Shown here in pieces: positions 29,477 through 39,281 of a stretch of DNA of 64,000 nucleotides (its first letter is position 1; each line of letters opens with the position of its first letter). Location: the NCBI GenBank assembly GCA_963743305.1, contig CAVUPH010000009.1:1-64000 (forward strand), written 5' to 3'. The notes beneath the pieces are model-generated. The model did no database searches. It saw only the letters and a list, made by a program, of their open reading frames with translations, and was not told where the DNA came from. This DNA is from an uncultured delta proteobacterium (GTDB lineage Bacteria; Desulfobacterota; RBG-13-43-22). The position numbers and the translations under genes were made by a program.

Positions 29477-30336
29477 GAGGCGGCTCTTCTGCCGAAGAGG
29501 CCCTGGGGCCGCCAGATGAGCATAACCACCATGACGGCATAGATGATAAAGGCCCCGATTTCGGGGATGTAGTACTTACCGGCCACATCGAAGACGCCCA
29601 GGATGAGCGCCGCGGCCAACGGGCCGCCCACGGTACCGGTCCCGCCCACGGCGACGACGATCAAAAAATAGACCAGGAACTTTACCGGAAAAGTCGGGTC
29701 CAGGTTGAGGATTTCGATCCCCAGGGCCCCGGCCAAGCCGGCCAGTCCCGATCCTAAGCCGAAGGTGATGGCGAAAAGACGATTGACATTGATGCCCAAC
29801 CCACGGGCGACACGTCCATTATCGACGGCGGCTCGCAGCCGGCTGCCGAAGCGGGTCCGCATCAGGCCCAGGTGGAGGAACAGGGCGATGAGGCCGCCAA
29901 GCCCGATCAGGAAGAGGCGGTAGACTCCGACGTCGAAGCCGGAGAAGACGTGAAACTGCCCTTGCAGGAATGAGGGAACTTGAATAATCTGATGCTGAGA
30001 GCCCATGAAATAGGCGGCGGCGGCCATGGAGGCAAAGACGATCCCAATGGTGAACAGCACTTGATCCAAGGGATGGGCATTGTACAGGCGGACATAGAGG
30101 GTGCGCTCCAGGATCACCCCGGCCAGGGCCGAAACGATGAAGGCCACGGGCAGACAAAAGAGGAATGGCAGGCCCCAGCGGTTCAACAACACCACGGCCA
30201 CGTAGCCGCCTAACATGGCGAATGAACCGTGGGCCAGATTGACGAAGTTCATGATGCCGAGGGTCACGCTTAACCCGAGGGCCAGCAGGAATAGCAAGGC
30301 CCCCGAGGAAAGGCCATCAAAGAGGACGGTCAACAC
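29473..30336 (-). CDS. livH: Branched-chain amino acid-type ABC permease
   Basis: GIMNFVNLAHG, GINV, RPQGLFG. Confidence 0.9.
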   Translation of the reverse strand: MLTVLFDGLSSGALLFLLALGLSVTLGIMNFVNLAHGSFAMLGGYVAVVLLNRWGLPFLFCLPVAFIVSALAGVILERTLYVRLYNAHPLDQVLFTIGIVFASMAAAAYFMGSQHQIIQVPSFLQGQFHVFSGFDVGVYRLFLIGLGGLIALFLHLGLMRTRFGSRLRAAVDNGRVARGLGINVNRLFAITFGLGSGLAGLAGALGIEILNLDPTFPVKFLVYFLIVVAVGGTGTVGGPLAAALILGVFDVAGKYYIPEIGAFIIYAVMVVMLIWRPQGLFGRRAAS

Positions 30337-30366
30337 GGAATCGTCTGCTGTTTTGCCGATCGACGA

Positions 30367-31536
30367 TTACTTGCCGCTTGGGGGGACCGAGGCGATATGG
30401 TCGAACTCGACGTTGAACAGATGCCCGCCCACGCGCTTCACCTCGCGCATATAGACGTCTTGGACGATATCGCGGGTCCGCGGATCGATGCTGACCGGGC
30501 CGCGGGGGCTGACCCAGCTTAAGCCCTTGGCCGCGGCGGTGAATTTGTCGCCTTCGGCCGAGCCATTGGTCTTCTTCAGGACCCGGTAAATCAAATCCAT
30601 ACCATCCCAGCCACCGACGGCCATGAAGTTCGGCCGCAGGCCGGGGTTGGCCTTCTCGAAGGCGGCCACGTAGGCCTTGTTCTCCGGTGAAGGATGAGCC
30701 GCGGAATAGTACTGCGCGGTAATTGTTCCGATAGCCGGATCCCCCATGGAGTCCAGGATGTCGTCATCCGTCATGTCGCCCGTGCCGATGAGCTTGATGC
30801 CGGCCTTGGCCAGACCACGCTCGGCGAACTGCTTCATCACCGCGGCACCCTGGCCGGAGGGAACGAAGACAAACAGGGCCTGAGGTTTGGCATCTTTGGC
30901 CCGTTGGACAAAGGGCGCATAGTCGGGATTCTGAAGGGGAACCCGGGCGCTGCCGACCACTTTCCCGCCGTTTTGTTCGAACACCCGCTTAAAGCTGGTC
31001 TCCGCGTCAATGCCCGGCGCGTAGTCGGTTATCAGTGTGAACACCGTCTTAATGCCGTGCTGGGACGCCCAAACCGCGAGCGGAGTGGAATTCTGGGGCA
31101 GCGTACCCGAGGTGCGTAAGATATAGGGAGACTTCTCCGGGATAACCAGGGTCATGGCCGACATAACGATCATGGGGGTCTTGGCGAGCGTGGCGATGGG
31201 GGCCGCCGCGAAGGCCAGCGGTGTCAGGCCAAATCCGGCCAGGATTTCGGCGTGATCATTGGTGACCAGTTCCTGGGCGAAACGTTTGGTGGTCTCCGGC
31301 ACGCTGGTATCATCCCGCAGCAAGAGCTCGATCTTGCGGCCGGCCACCACATTGCCGTGCTCGGCCAGATAAAGCTTGACGGCCGCAACGACCTGCTTGC
31401 CGGTCGAGGCAAAAGGTCCGGTCATCGGGAGAATCAGACCGATTTTTAGTGGTTGTTGGGCCATGGCCCTCTCCGATAACAAAACGGACGCGGACAGAAA
31501 AATCAAAAATAAAGTGAAGAACAATCTTATTCTCAT
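30367..31536 (-). CDS. ABC substrate-binding protein, Liv/aromatic-acid family
   Basis: Signal peptide; LKIGLILPMTGPFA; DYAPG; SPRGP. Confidence 0.92.
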   Translation of the reverse strand: MRIRLFFTLFLIFLSASVLLSERAMAQQPLKIGLILPMTGPFASTGKQVVAAVKLYLAEHGNVVAGRKIELLLRDDTSVPETTKRFAQELVTNDHAEILAGFGLTPLAFAAAPIATLAKTPMIVMSAMTLVIPEKSPYILRTSGTLPQNSTPLAVWASQHGIKTVFTLITDYAPGIDAETSFKRVFEQNGGKVVGSARVPLQNPDYAPFVQRAKDAKPQALFVFVPSGQGAAVMKQFAERGLAKAGIKLIGTGDMTDDDILDSMGDPAIGTITAQYYSAAHPSPENKAYVAAFEKANPGLRPNFMAVGGWDGMDLIYRVLKKTNGSAEGDKFTAAAKGLSWVSPRGPVSIDPRTRDIVQDVYMREVKRVGGHLFNVEFDHIASVPPSGK

Positions 31537-31620
31537 GACTCTCCTCTCTTTTGGTCAGCCATCATGACCGTCATGGTGAAAGTTGATTTAACAGAAGGTC
31601 TAGGATAAAAGAAACTCCCT

Positions 31621-32862
31621 TTATTTAATTGTCAGCGGTAAATAGGCAGAGCAAGTGGGCAGAGGGAACGCTTCGACAGCCTGGTCGATAAACCGAGGTT
31701 CCGGGGCCTCCAGGCTCATGACGGCGACGGTACTGATCGGTCCCAAATTTCCATTCACCACGCCCCCGCCAAACCCCGAGGGTCCCAGGACGGTTACCGG
31801 GATGGTGAAGGTATCGATCACATTCGCGCCGGTGATCCCGGCCAGGCCTTCAATCTCATAAACGGCGTGGGTGGAATTCTGGCAGAGGGGAAGCGATCCG
31901 GACGAGGCCGGTTGCCCTCCGGAATAGTCGGGGTTAACCTGGCTCATCAGACGGGCCAAAAGCGCTGAGTTGGTGCTCTGAACCGTGGTCGGCACCAGGA
32001 GTGAAGTCCCGGTCGGCAGGTTTTTGAAGCGAGCCACCAGACGAGTACCCGTGTTGGCTCGGCCGGCGGCATCGGTGCCGGAAAAATTGGTCGTGAAGCC
32101 GCTTTCGTTGGAATATATTAATCCGGGGACATTCTGATTGATGGGAACCCCGAAGGTATCCACCTCAATCTTTTTCATAAAGGCCGTGGGGAAATTTTCC
32201 CGAAAATTAAGTTTGAATGAATTCGGGGTCACCTCGCTGGTCGAGAAGTTCAATCCCTGGGTCACAAAACCTACTATTTGTGTGGGGCTGTTTATCGGGA
32301 CGCCAATGGCGATGACAAAAGCCTGGATCGTGGCCGGAAGAGGGCCAGGGGTAAAGCCAGACGCGTTAACCCGAATATTAGTGATGCGGAATAACGCCTT
32401 TCCCGCCGAATCCGGCGCAAAGGTGACCCCCGACCAGAAGATCGAGTTTCCACCCGCCGTAAGGCCCCGGAAAACATTGGCCCCTAAAATCTGCAGCACC
32501 GGAGCCGGTTCGTTCAGCAGAAGTAGGGCTTCGGTCGTAGGGGTGGGGTCATTGTTCGAGAGATTGCTGGTAATATTGGTATTTAAGAAGATCTGAAAAT
32601 TGGTTGTGAGGGGGCTGTTTGGCGTTCCTCCGCTGCAGGATAATACCAGATCGCCCACCCGATCGGCCTGTCCCTCCCCACGAACGGTCGGCGGAACAGA
32701 AGCCATAGCCGAACAGCTCAAAGCGGCCAGAGCATCCACAGGCCAGGCCCCAAAGAAAAGAGACAGCAGAAGCACTACGGACCAACTGGTAAAAATGCAG
32801 CCCCTCTTTATCTTCAAGTTATCGTTCAGCCCATTTTTGATTGCTAATATATTTCTCGGCAT
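31621..32862 (-). CDS. Secreted beta-rich hypothetical protein with C-terminal YLPL motif
   Basis: Signal peptide; PPTVRGEG..VGDLVLSCSGG; RITNIRVNAS; ends AYLPLTIK. Confidence 0.75.
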   Translation of the reverse strand: MPRNILAIKNGLNDNLKIKRGCIFTSWSVVLLLSLFFGAWPVDALAALSCSAMASVPPTVRGEGQADRVGDLVLSCSGGTPNSPLTTNFQIFLNTNITSNLSNNDPTPTTEALLLLNEPAPVLQILGANVFRGLTAGGNSIFWSGVTFAPDSAGKALFRITNIRVNASGFTPGPLPATIQAFVIAIGVPINSPTQIVGFVTQGLNFSTSEVTPNSFKLNFRENFPTAFMKKIEVDTFGVPINQNVPGLIYSNESGFTTNFSGTDAAGRANTGTRLVARFKNLPTGTSLLVPTTVQSTNSALLARLMSQVNPDYSGGQPASSGSLPLCQNSTHAVYEIEGLAGITGANVIDTFTIPVTVLGPSGFGGGVVNGNLGPISTVAVMSLEAPEPRFIDQAVEAFPLPTCSAYLPLTIK

Positions 32863-33089
32863 ATTTCTCCTCCGTCCCCGGGAGCCTTCGCCAACCTGAA
32901 TTTGGATGGGTTGGATTTACACCGGGGCATCCGGCCCAAGATAGTTTAATTTTACGCTAGGTCGGTTTTTTGAGCAAGGCAAAAGCCGGGCTCCGATTAA
33001 GCTTCAATTGCCCTGGATGGCATTAATACCAATTGTTAATTATCAATATTGATTATTGGCCATGTTACAAGTCAAAAAGGCTATTGTCT

Positions 33090-33304
33090 TATTAAACCCC
33101 CATGTCCGCCTTCGGCCACCCACGAAGCATGAAAACAACAGACCCCGGTCATTGCGAGGAGTCACGCCTTAGCGTGATGACGAAGCAATCCCCCAGTTGA
33201 CTTACGACTTGCCCTAAGGTCAATCGGGGGATTGCTTCCCCCGGATCTAGTCCGGGGTCGCAATGACAATATGGGGACGGGGTTATTTTCGTATTAAGCC
33301 CCCA
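33090..33304. mobile_element. REP-doublet element bounded by 13-bp direct repeats
   Basis: TATTAA(A/G)CCCCCA at 33090 and 33292; internal GTCATTGCGAG..GAAGCAATC / GATTGCTTC..TCGCAATGAC. Confidence 0.7.
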
Positions 33305-33355
33305 GGAGGAAGACTGCTTGCGCGGCCGGGCTCAAGCCGGTTTCTTCTTCCCGAG

Positions 33356-35068
33356 CTATTTCACCGGGGAGGCGTCCCACTTCCCTGCCCGACGCAATTG
33401 TTCTACGATGGGTTGGGCTAGCTTTTGCAGAGCCATTTTGTCCACCTTGGTGCTGCGGGTAATCGGGAATTCCCGGCCGGCGGGCCAGAGCTCCACATGT
33501 TGGGGCCGCTTGTAGGAGGCGATTTCCCGACAGTGGGCCAGCACTTCCTCGGCGGTCAGCGCCGCCCCCGGGAGGAGACGCACAAAGGCAAAGATCCCCT
33601 CGTCAAAAAGTCGGTGTTCCAGACCCACCACTTCGGCCACTTCCACCCCGGGCAGCCGGCCGATGTGGGCCTCGACTTCGTCCGGGAAGACATTATAGCC
33701 TTTTTGTTTGATCACGAACTTCCGCCTCCCGGCCAGAAAGAGGGCGCGGTAAGTCCCCAGATTATTGAAGGAGCCGAGGTCCCCGGTATAGAGGATACCT
33801 TCTTTTGAAATGGTCTTGGCCGTTTCCTCGGGCAGGTTGTAATACCCCAGGAAAACGAGAGGGGGATGATAGCAGATCTCCCCGATCTCCCCGTCGGGAA
33901 CCTCTTCCCCGGCGCTTCCATCCGGGTTCATGGGATGCCGGACGGTCACCGCGGCCAGGTCGGGAAAGGCGCGCCCCACCTGCCCAACCATCTCCTCCGG
34001 GGGGATCCCCACCGGGGTAAAGGTCGCGAAACCGGCATTTTCGGTCATGCCGATGCCGGTGCCGAAATGGGGAGCCATGGTGGAGAGTTTTTTCAGGAAA
34101 GCCAGGTCCACCGCCGAACCGGCATAGGCCACGAAGCGCAGGCTGCTCAGATCGAGGCCCACATAGTCCGGATGATTCCAGAGCATCCGGTACTGGGTGG
34201 GAATCTGCCCCAGGCAATTGACCCGGTGCTTGGGAATGGCCTCCAGAGTCATTTTGACATCAAAGATGCGCAGCAGGACCGTCGTGCCCCCCAGGGCCAT
34301 GGTGGTCATGAAACACTCGGTCAGGCAGCCCACGTGGCTGGGAGGCAGGTTGATCAGGATACGCAGGTCGCTGCCCAGTCCCACGTCCAATCCCCGGGCC
34401 AGGATCTCGTTCTGGGTGATGATATTCTCGTGGCAGAGCAGGGCCGGCTTGGGATCGCCGGTCGTCCCGGTGGTATAGATGATCAAGGCCGGGGTCCGGG
34501 GTTTGACCTGTTGGTAAGCCTTTTCCAGCCTCCGGGTGAAGAGATTTTTGATTTTCAAACCCAGGAGCTTCTTCTTGTCCATCATCCCGGTGATCGACCA
34601 GACCCCGTCCAGGAGTTCCCCGGGTTTCGGGTCGGCTGTAAACTGTACCAGAAATTCGACGGAAGGGCACTGCGCTTTTACCGCTTGGCCGACCTGCCGG
34701 AAATCCCGGACCGGGGTCAGTCCCAGGAAGAAGAAAACCTTGGGGTTGATTTTGTTCAGGTCCCGGACGACCTCTTCATCCTTAAGACGCAGGTCCAGCG
34801 GGGAGACAATGGCTCCGATCTTGAAACAGGCATACATCAGCATCAGATGTTCCGGGATCAACACCAGTTGGGTGGCCACGCGGTCTCCCTCCCGGACACC
34901 CATATCCAGCAGACGCAGGGCGAAGAAGTCAATCAGGGAAAGAAACCGTTTATAGGATACGGTTTTGCCGTCCTCGTGCTGGATCATGGCCGACTTATCA
35001 GGAAATATTTTCGCCCAATGTTCGATATAAGAATTGACCAGCGGTAATCTGATAAAGGGGGTGGCCAT
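33356..35068 (-). CDS. Acyl-CoA synthetase (AMP-forming)
   Basis: YTTGTTGDPK, GMTE, YTGDLG, GRRK, YKRP. Confidence 0.93.
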   Translation of the reverse strand: MATPFIRLPLVNSYIEHWAKIFPDKSAMIQHEDGKTVSYKRFLSLIDFFALRLLDMGVREGDRVATQLVLIPEHLMLMYACFKIGAIVSPLDLRLKDEEVVRDLNKINPKVFFFLGLTPVRDFRQVGQAVKAQCPSVEFLVQFTADPKPGELLDGVWSITGMMDKKKLLGLKIKNLFTRRLEKAYQQVKPRTPALIIYTTGTTGDPKPALLCHENIITQNEILARGLDVGLGSDLRILINLPPSHVGCLTECFMTTMALGGTTVLLRIFDVKMTLEAIPKHRVNCLGQIPTQYRMLWNHPDYVGLDLSSLRFVAYAGSAVDLAFLKKLSTMAPHFGTGIGMTENAGFATFTPVGIPPEEMVGQVGRAFPDLAAVTVRHPMNPDGSAGEEVPDGEIGEICYHPPLVFLGYYNLPEETAKTISKEGILYTGDLGSFNNLGTYRALFLAGRRKFVIKQKGYNVFPDEVEAHIGRLPGVEVAEVVGLEHRLFDEGIFAFVRLLPGAALTAEEVLAHCREIASYKRPQHVELWPAGREFPITRSTKVDKMALQKLAQPIVEQLRRAGKWDASPVK

Positions 35069-35077
35069 AGGGTCTCC

Positions 35078-35959
35078 TTAGGTGTTTTTGATGAAGGCGT
35101 AGCCCCGGCTGACGGCCGGGTGGTCTTCCTGGTTGTACACGACAAAATGGATTTCGGTGCCGGCGGGTCCGGGGTTTTTGCCCACCAGCCTGACCCGGAT
35201 GGAAGTCCCGGGCAGGACCATCCCGCTGAACCGGCCGGAGAAGGCCCCGAGCCTCCGGGGATCCTTCCCGGCTTCCCGATTCAGGATCTCCCGGGCGGCC
35301 AGGGCCAAAGTGGCGGTTCCCTGGAGGATGATCCCGGGCAACCCGACCTGGCGGGCAAAGCTCTTGGAGGTGTGGATGGGAAAGTAGATGTTGGCGCAGC
35401 CGTCATAGATAAACGGCCGCAGGGGATCGATGGGGATAACCGCTTCCCAGTGAACCCGTTCCTCCATCGGACCGGCCGGCATCACCGGCAGGGTGTCGCC
35501 CCCCTGCCCGCCTCCCGTGCAGGACACTCCCCGCATCAGGGCCCCCGTATGTTCCGTAAATACCGGTTGGTCTTTCCGGTCCCGGACCTCAAAACAGATC
35601 ACCACCTGCGTCCCGGCCCGGTGGGGCAAGATGGCGGCGATCCGCCCCTGAACAGTTAAATGATCTCCTGGCCGGATGGGGCGATGAAAAACCAGGTGTT
35701 CGGTATGGTGGACCTGGGTGAGAAGCACCTCCGGCGGGAACCGGTCGGTGTCTACATACTCCCAAATCCGTTCTAAAATGGGCCAGGTGACGGCCACGCC
35801 GAACAGGGGCGGGGCCACGATCCCCTCATCCCCCTCATCGTCAAAATACCGGGGATTGTCGTCCCCCACGGCGGCAGCGTAATTCATGGTCTCCCGCCAG
35901 GTTACTTCCCGGTGATAGGGTTTCAGCATCGTTCCGACCAGATCTGAACTCAGTTCCAT
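35078..35959 (-). CDS. MaoC double-hotdog dehydratase
   Basis: YAAAVGDDNP; PIH..FA..GLPGIILQG; PG. Confidence 0.88.
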   Translation of the reverse strand: MELSSDLVGTMLKPYHREVTWRETMNYAAAVGDDNPRYFDDEGDEGIVAPPLFGVAVTWPILERIWEYVDTDRFPPEVLLTQVHHTEHLVFHRPIRPGDHLTVQGRIAAILPHRAGTQVVICFEVRDRKDQPVFTEHTGALMRGVSCTGGGQGGDTLPVMPAGPMEERVHWEAVIPIDPLRPFIYDGCANIYFPIHTSKSFARQVGLPGIILQGTATLALAAREILNREAGKDPRRLGAFSGRFSGMVLPGTSIRVRLVGKNPGPAGTEIHFVVYNQEDHPAVSRGYAFIKNT

Positions 35960-36065
35960 GAAGGTCTCCCCTTGGTACGAAAAACCACTTCGTGATTCAA
36001 AATTCGGTGTTCGATATTCGAACTTCGTTTTTTCCTTTTCATATTAAACCGTTTTCTCTTGAGGC

Positions 36066-36854
36066 TCAGGATCGGCGTTCCTCCGCCAGGCAGGCGGCGC
36101 CAAGGGCGGCGGTGAGCCGGGGGTTCTCCGGGACCCGCACCTCCAAACCCAGGGCCTCGCTGACGGCCCGGACCAGGCCGGCGTCTTCGGCCCCGCCGCC
36201 AGTGAGGACCACCTCCGGCTCCATTTTCACCCTTTTGGCCAGCAGGGCCACTTTGGCGGCCATGGCGCGGTGCACACCGGCCAGCAGGTCTTCCGGACGG
36301 GCGCCTTCAGCCATTCGCGAGACCGTCTCCGATTCGGCAAAGACCGCGCAGTTGGTGGAAAATTCCACCGGCCTTTCCGATTTCAGGGAAAGGGGGCCGA
36401 TGGCCTCCCAATCGATTTGCAGGATACGGGCCATGACCTGCAGGAAACGCCCGGAGCCGGCGGCGCATTTTTCACTGATCAGGAAGTCGACCACCCGACC
36501 CTCGCTGTTCAACCTGGCGGCTTTGGTAAACTGCCCGCCGATATCGATCACGGTGCGGGCCCCGGGGAAGTGGAAACGGCAGCCCCGGGCCTGGCAGGAG
36601 ATATCGGATACCGACGGGGCCGTAAACGGGGCGCTTTCAGCCCCCACACCGGTGACCACGATGCCGGCGAGTTGTTCCCGGCGCAAACCGGCACGATCAA
36701 GGGCCGCTTCCAGCACGTCGTCGGCCGTTTCCCGGTAGCGGCCTCCAGAGGGACGCATTTCGGAAGCCAGGATTTCTCGACGGCTTACCAGAACGGCCTT
36801 GATAAAGGCCGAACCGATATCCACCCCGGCGAAACAGGCGGGCGCTCCGCTCAT
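36066..36854 (-). CDS. BadF/BadG/BcrA/BcrD ATPase activator subunit
   Basis: GVDIGS, IDIGGQ, EKCAAGSGRF, CAVFAESE. Confidence 0.93.
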   Translation of the reverse strand: MSGAPACFAGVDIGSAFIKAVLVSRREILASEMRPSGGRYRETADDVLEAALDRAGLRREQLAGIVVTGVGAESAPFTAPSVSDISCQARGCRFHFPGARTVIDIGGQFTKAARLNSEGRVVDFLISEKCAAGSGRFLQVMARILQIDWEAIGPLSLKSERPVEFSTNCAVFAESETVSRMAEGARPEDLLAGVHRAMAAKVALLAKRVKMEPEVVLTGGGAEDAGLVRAVSEALGLEVRVPENPRLTAALGAACLAEERRS

Positions 36855-37681
36855 TGGAAGAAGGTCACTCCTTCCTGTTTTCTGGTCCGGTTCGGGATCA
36901 CCCCGCGGGCAGTGAAGTCCAGACCCAGCAAGGCCGCTCCCAAAGCCCCGGTGAGGAGGGGTTCATCGGGGACCAGCACCGGGAAACCGACCTGGTCCTC
37001 CACGGCCCGGATCAACCCGCTATTCATGGCCCCGCCGCCGGTGACCGCCACGTCCTTTTGGATCCCCAGGGTCCGGACCAGGTTGACCACCCGCCCGGCA
37101 ATGGCCGCGTGCAGCCCGGCAATGATCTCCGGGATGCCTACCCCATCGGCCAGTCGGGAGGTGACCTCGTGTTCGGCAAAAACGGTGCAGGTGTTAGAGA
37201 TGGGAACGACTTCCTTGGCCGTCAGCGAAATGCCGCCCATTTCGGTCAGGGGGATCCCCAGGGTATCGGCGATCACTTCCAAAAACCGGCCGGTCCCGGC
37301 GGCGCACTTGTCATTCATGACAAAGTTGACGACCTTGCCGCCGGCGTCCAGCTTGATACCCTTGGAGTCCTGTCCGCCGATATCGATAACGGTCCGGACC
37401 GTGGGGAAGAGGGCCCGAATGCCCCGGGCGTGGCAGGTGATCTCCGTAATCTGCTTGTCGGCAAAAGGGACATTGATCCGCCCGTACCCGGTGGCTACGA
37501 TAAAGTCCAGTGCCTCCAGGACCAGGCCCGTTTTATCCAGCGCCTCAGCCATCACTTGCAGGGCTAAATGGCGGTGTTCGGCGCCGGTAGGGCCGATAAT
37601 TGATCCCAGAACTTTTCCTTCCCCGTCGGTGATCACCGCTTTGGTCATGGTGGAACCGATGTCGATACCCGCATAGGGCAT
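36851..37681 (-). CDS. BadF/BadG/BcrA/BcrD ATPase activator subunit
   Basis: GIDIGST, TGYGR, EITCHA, MNDKCAAGTGRF, CTVFAE. Confidence 0.95.
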   Translation of the reverse strand: MPYAGIDIGSTMTKAVITDGEGKVLGSIIGPTGAEHRHLALQVMAEALDKTGLVLEALDFIVATGYGRINVPFADKQITEITCHARGIRALFPTVRTVIDIGGQDSKGIKLDAGGKVVNFVMNDKCAAGTGRFLEVIADTLGIPLTEMGGISLTAKEVVPISNTCTVFAEHEVTSRLADGVGIPEIIAGLHAAIAGRVVNLVRTLGIQKDVAVTGGGAMNSGLIRAVEDQVGFPVLVPDEPLLTGALGAALLGLDFTARGVIPNRTRKQEGVTFFQ

Positions 37682-37770
37682 AGTCTATCCTTTACATTTG
37701 GTTCAAATTCGAAACCCGAAACAAATTCAAATGACCAAATTTCAAAATTCAAAACATCTTGGCCCTGAGC

Positions 37771-39108
37771 TCAGCAATCCGTCAAATGACGTTGACCCAT
37801 TCCCATCTCCGTTCGAACCGAAAGGGCTTCGATAAAGGCCCCGATCTGGGCCTTCCAGTGGGCCTCCGAGTAATCCCGGAGATCGACCATGTCGGAGACC
37901 AACTGCATCATGGGGATATCCGTGAATTGACCCAGGAGGTTTTTGATATGCACCTGGCCTACCGTGGTCGCCCGGCAGGAACGGCAGGCGTGGAAGACCA
38001 CCCCGTCGATCCGGTAATCGCCAATCATCCCCAGCAGCTTTTCCACGATGGGATGGCCGCTGTGGGCCCGGGCCTGATCGTGACGCTGGGTGAAGCGCAG
38101 AAAGGTCCGCCAGGCCAGGTAATCGACCGGGTCTTTGATCCGGGCCGGCACTTCCACGGGGTCGTAGCCCCGGTAGACGTTTTCAATCACGAATACGGCG
38201 CCGAAGCTTTCGAAGTAATTAAAGATCCAGAGGGTGTGCCAGGGGGGCAAGCCGCCGCCGTAGAGCAGGCGGTACTTTTCCTCGGGGATCACGCCGATTT
38301 TATTTTCCACCTTGGACTTTACTTCGTCGTAGAGCCCCTGGTAGAAATCCACCGCCACTTGGGTACCGGAGAAATAATGGCCAGCCACCATGACGCTGAA
38401 ATGATCCTGGGTCGGCATGGGGCTGGGGACGGCGACGCGCAGCCGGTCGATCTCATACCAGAGCCGCCAGGCCTCGTCACTTAAGCGGATGGCCTCCCAA
38501 AGCCGCTCCGGATTCATCTTTTGGCCGGTCTGCTGCTCAAGAAACCCGATCAGGCCCTGAAACTGCTCTTTTTGATAGCGGATATAGTAGTCCCGCACCC
38601 GGTCCAGGTCGGCATAGGCCGGCGGCCCGACAACATCGATGTTATAAGTAGGCACGTCCAGGTAGCGCCCGGCCGCTTGGAACCACTTAAAGCGGGGGTC
38701 GCAGACGGCGCTGCTGCCCAGCATCATATCCGGCATGGGCATTCCGCCGTCGGGGGCGTTTTCCGGCAGGCCGCCCAGCTCTTTTCTCAGGCTGTCAAAG
38801 CCCAGGCCGATCCGGGCGTAACTGCAAAGCACCTGGGAGTAGCCGTCCGCTTCCGCCTGAAGGAGAAAGCGATCCATGTCGCGCTTGGCGGCGCACAGCC
38901 CGGCATAGTTTTCCGTGGGCAGGGGCACGATATCCATGGCCCGCAGGATTTCGTCATACTGGGAAGCCACCATGAAATAGGCCACTTTCCGGCCCTGGGC
39001 TTTGGCTTCGTGAGCATTCCGGTAGATGCTTTTCACCAGGGCCCGCACCTGCCGGGCCGTATCCGTGCCTTTGACCGCCGTGGTTTTTATCCGTTCCTTC
39101 TCTTCCAT
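37771..39108 (-). CDS. 2-hydroxyacyl-CoA dehydratase/benzoyl-CoA reductase subunit (BzdO/BcrB-like)
   Basis: ENYAGLCAAK, LCSYAR, PDMM..CDPRFKWFQ, HACRSCR, DMVD.R. Confidence 0.88.
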   Translation of the reverse strand: MEEKERIKTTAVKGTDTARQVRALVKSIYRNAHEAKAQGRKVAYFMVASQYDEILRAMDIVPLPTENYAGLCAAKRDMDRFLLQAEADGYSQVLCSYARIGLGFDSLRKELGGLPENAPDGGMPMPDMMLGSSAVCDPRFKWFQAAGRYLDVPTYNIDVVGPPAYADLDRVRDYYIRYQKEQFQGLIGFLEQQTGQKMNPERLWEAIRLSDEAWRLWYEIDRLRVAVPSPMPTQDHFSVMVAGHYFSGTQVAVDFYQGLYDEVKSKVENKIGVIPEEKYRLLYGGGLPPWHTLWIFNYFESFGAVFVIENVYRGYDPVEVPARIKDPVDYLAWRTFLRFTQRHDQARAHSGHPIVEKLLGMIGDYRIDGVVFHACRSCRATTVGQVHIKNLLGQFTDIPMMQLVSDMVDLRDYSEAHWKAQIGAFIEALSVRTEMGMGQRHLTDC

Positions 39109-39117
39109 AATCAATCC

Positions 39118-39275
39118 TGATGACCTCGCAAATAGTCAAAAAACGACTTTCTGCTCGGCGGGGGAGGGCTTCCCCTCCCCCCGCCATTTGAAGTGAATTC
39201 AAATGGTCCCACCCCTACCCCAGCCCGGCGCTTAATCGCGCTCGGGCTGCTGACGGACTTCTGGCGAGTCCGTCA
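39118..39275 (+). mobile_element. MITE family B relative, 4-bp target duplication ATCC
   Basis: TGATGACCTCGCAAATAGTC..GACTTCTGGCGAGTCCGTCA flanked by ATCC. Confidence 0.8.
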
Positions 39276-39281
39276 ATCCTC

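Noticed and set aside
32970-33005. c-di-GMP-I riboswitch (GCAAAAGCC)
   Set aside because: The GNRA-capped P2 stem and the rest of the consensus are missing
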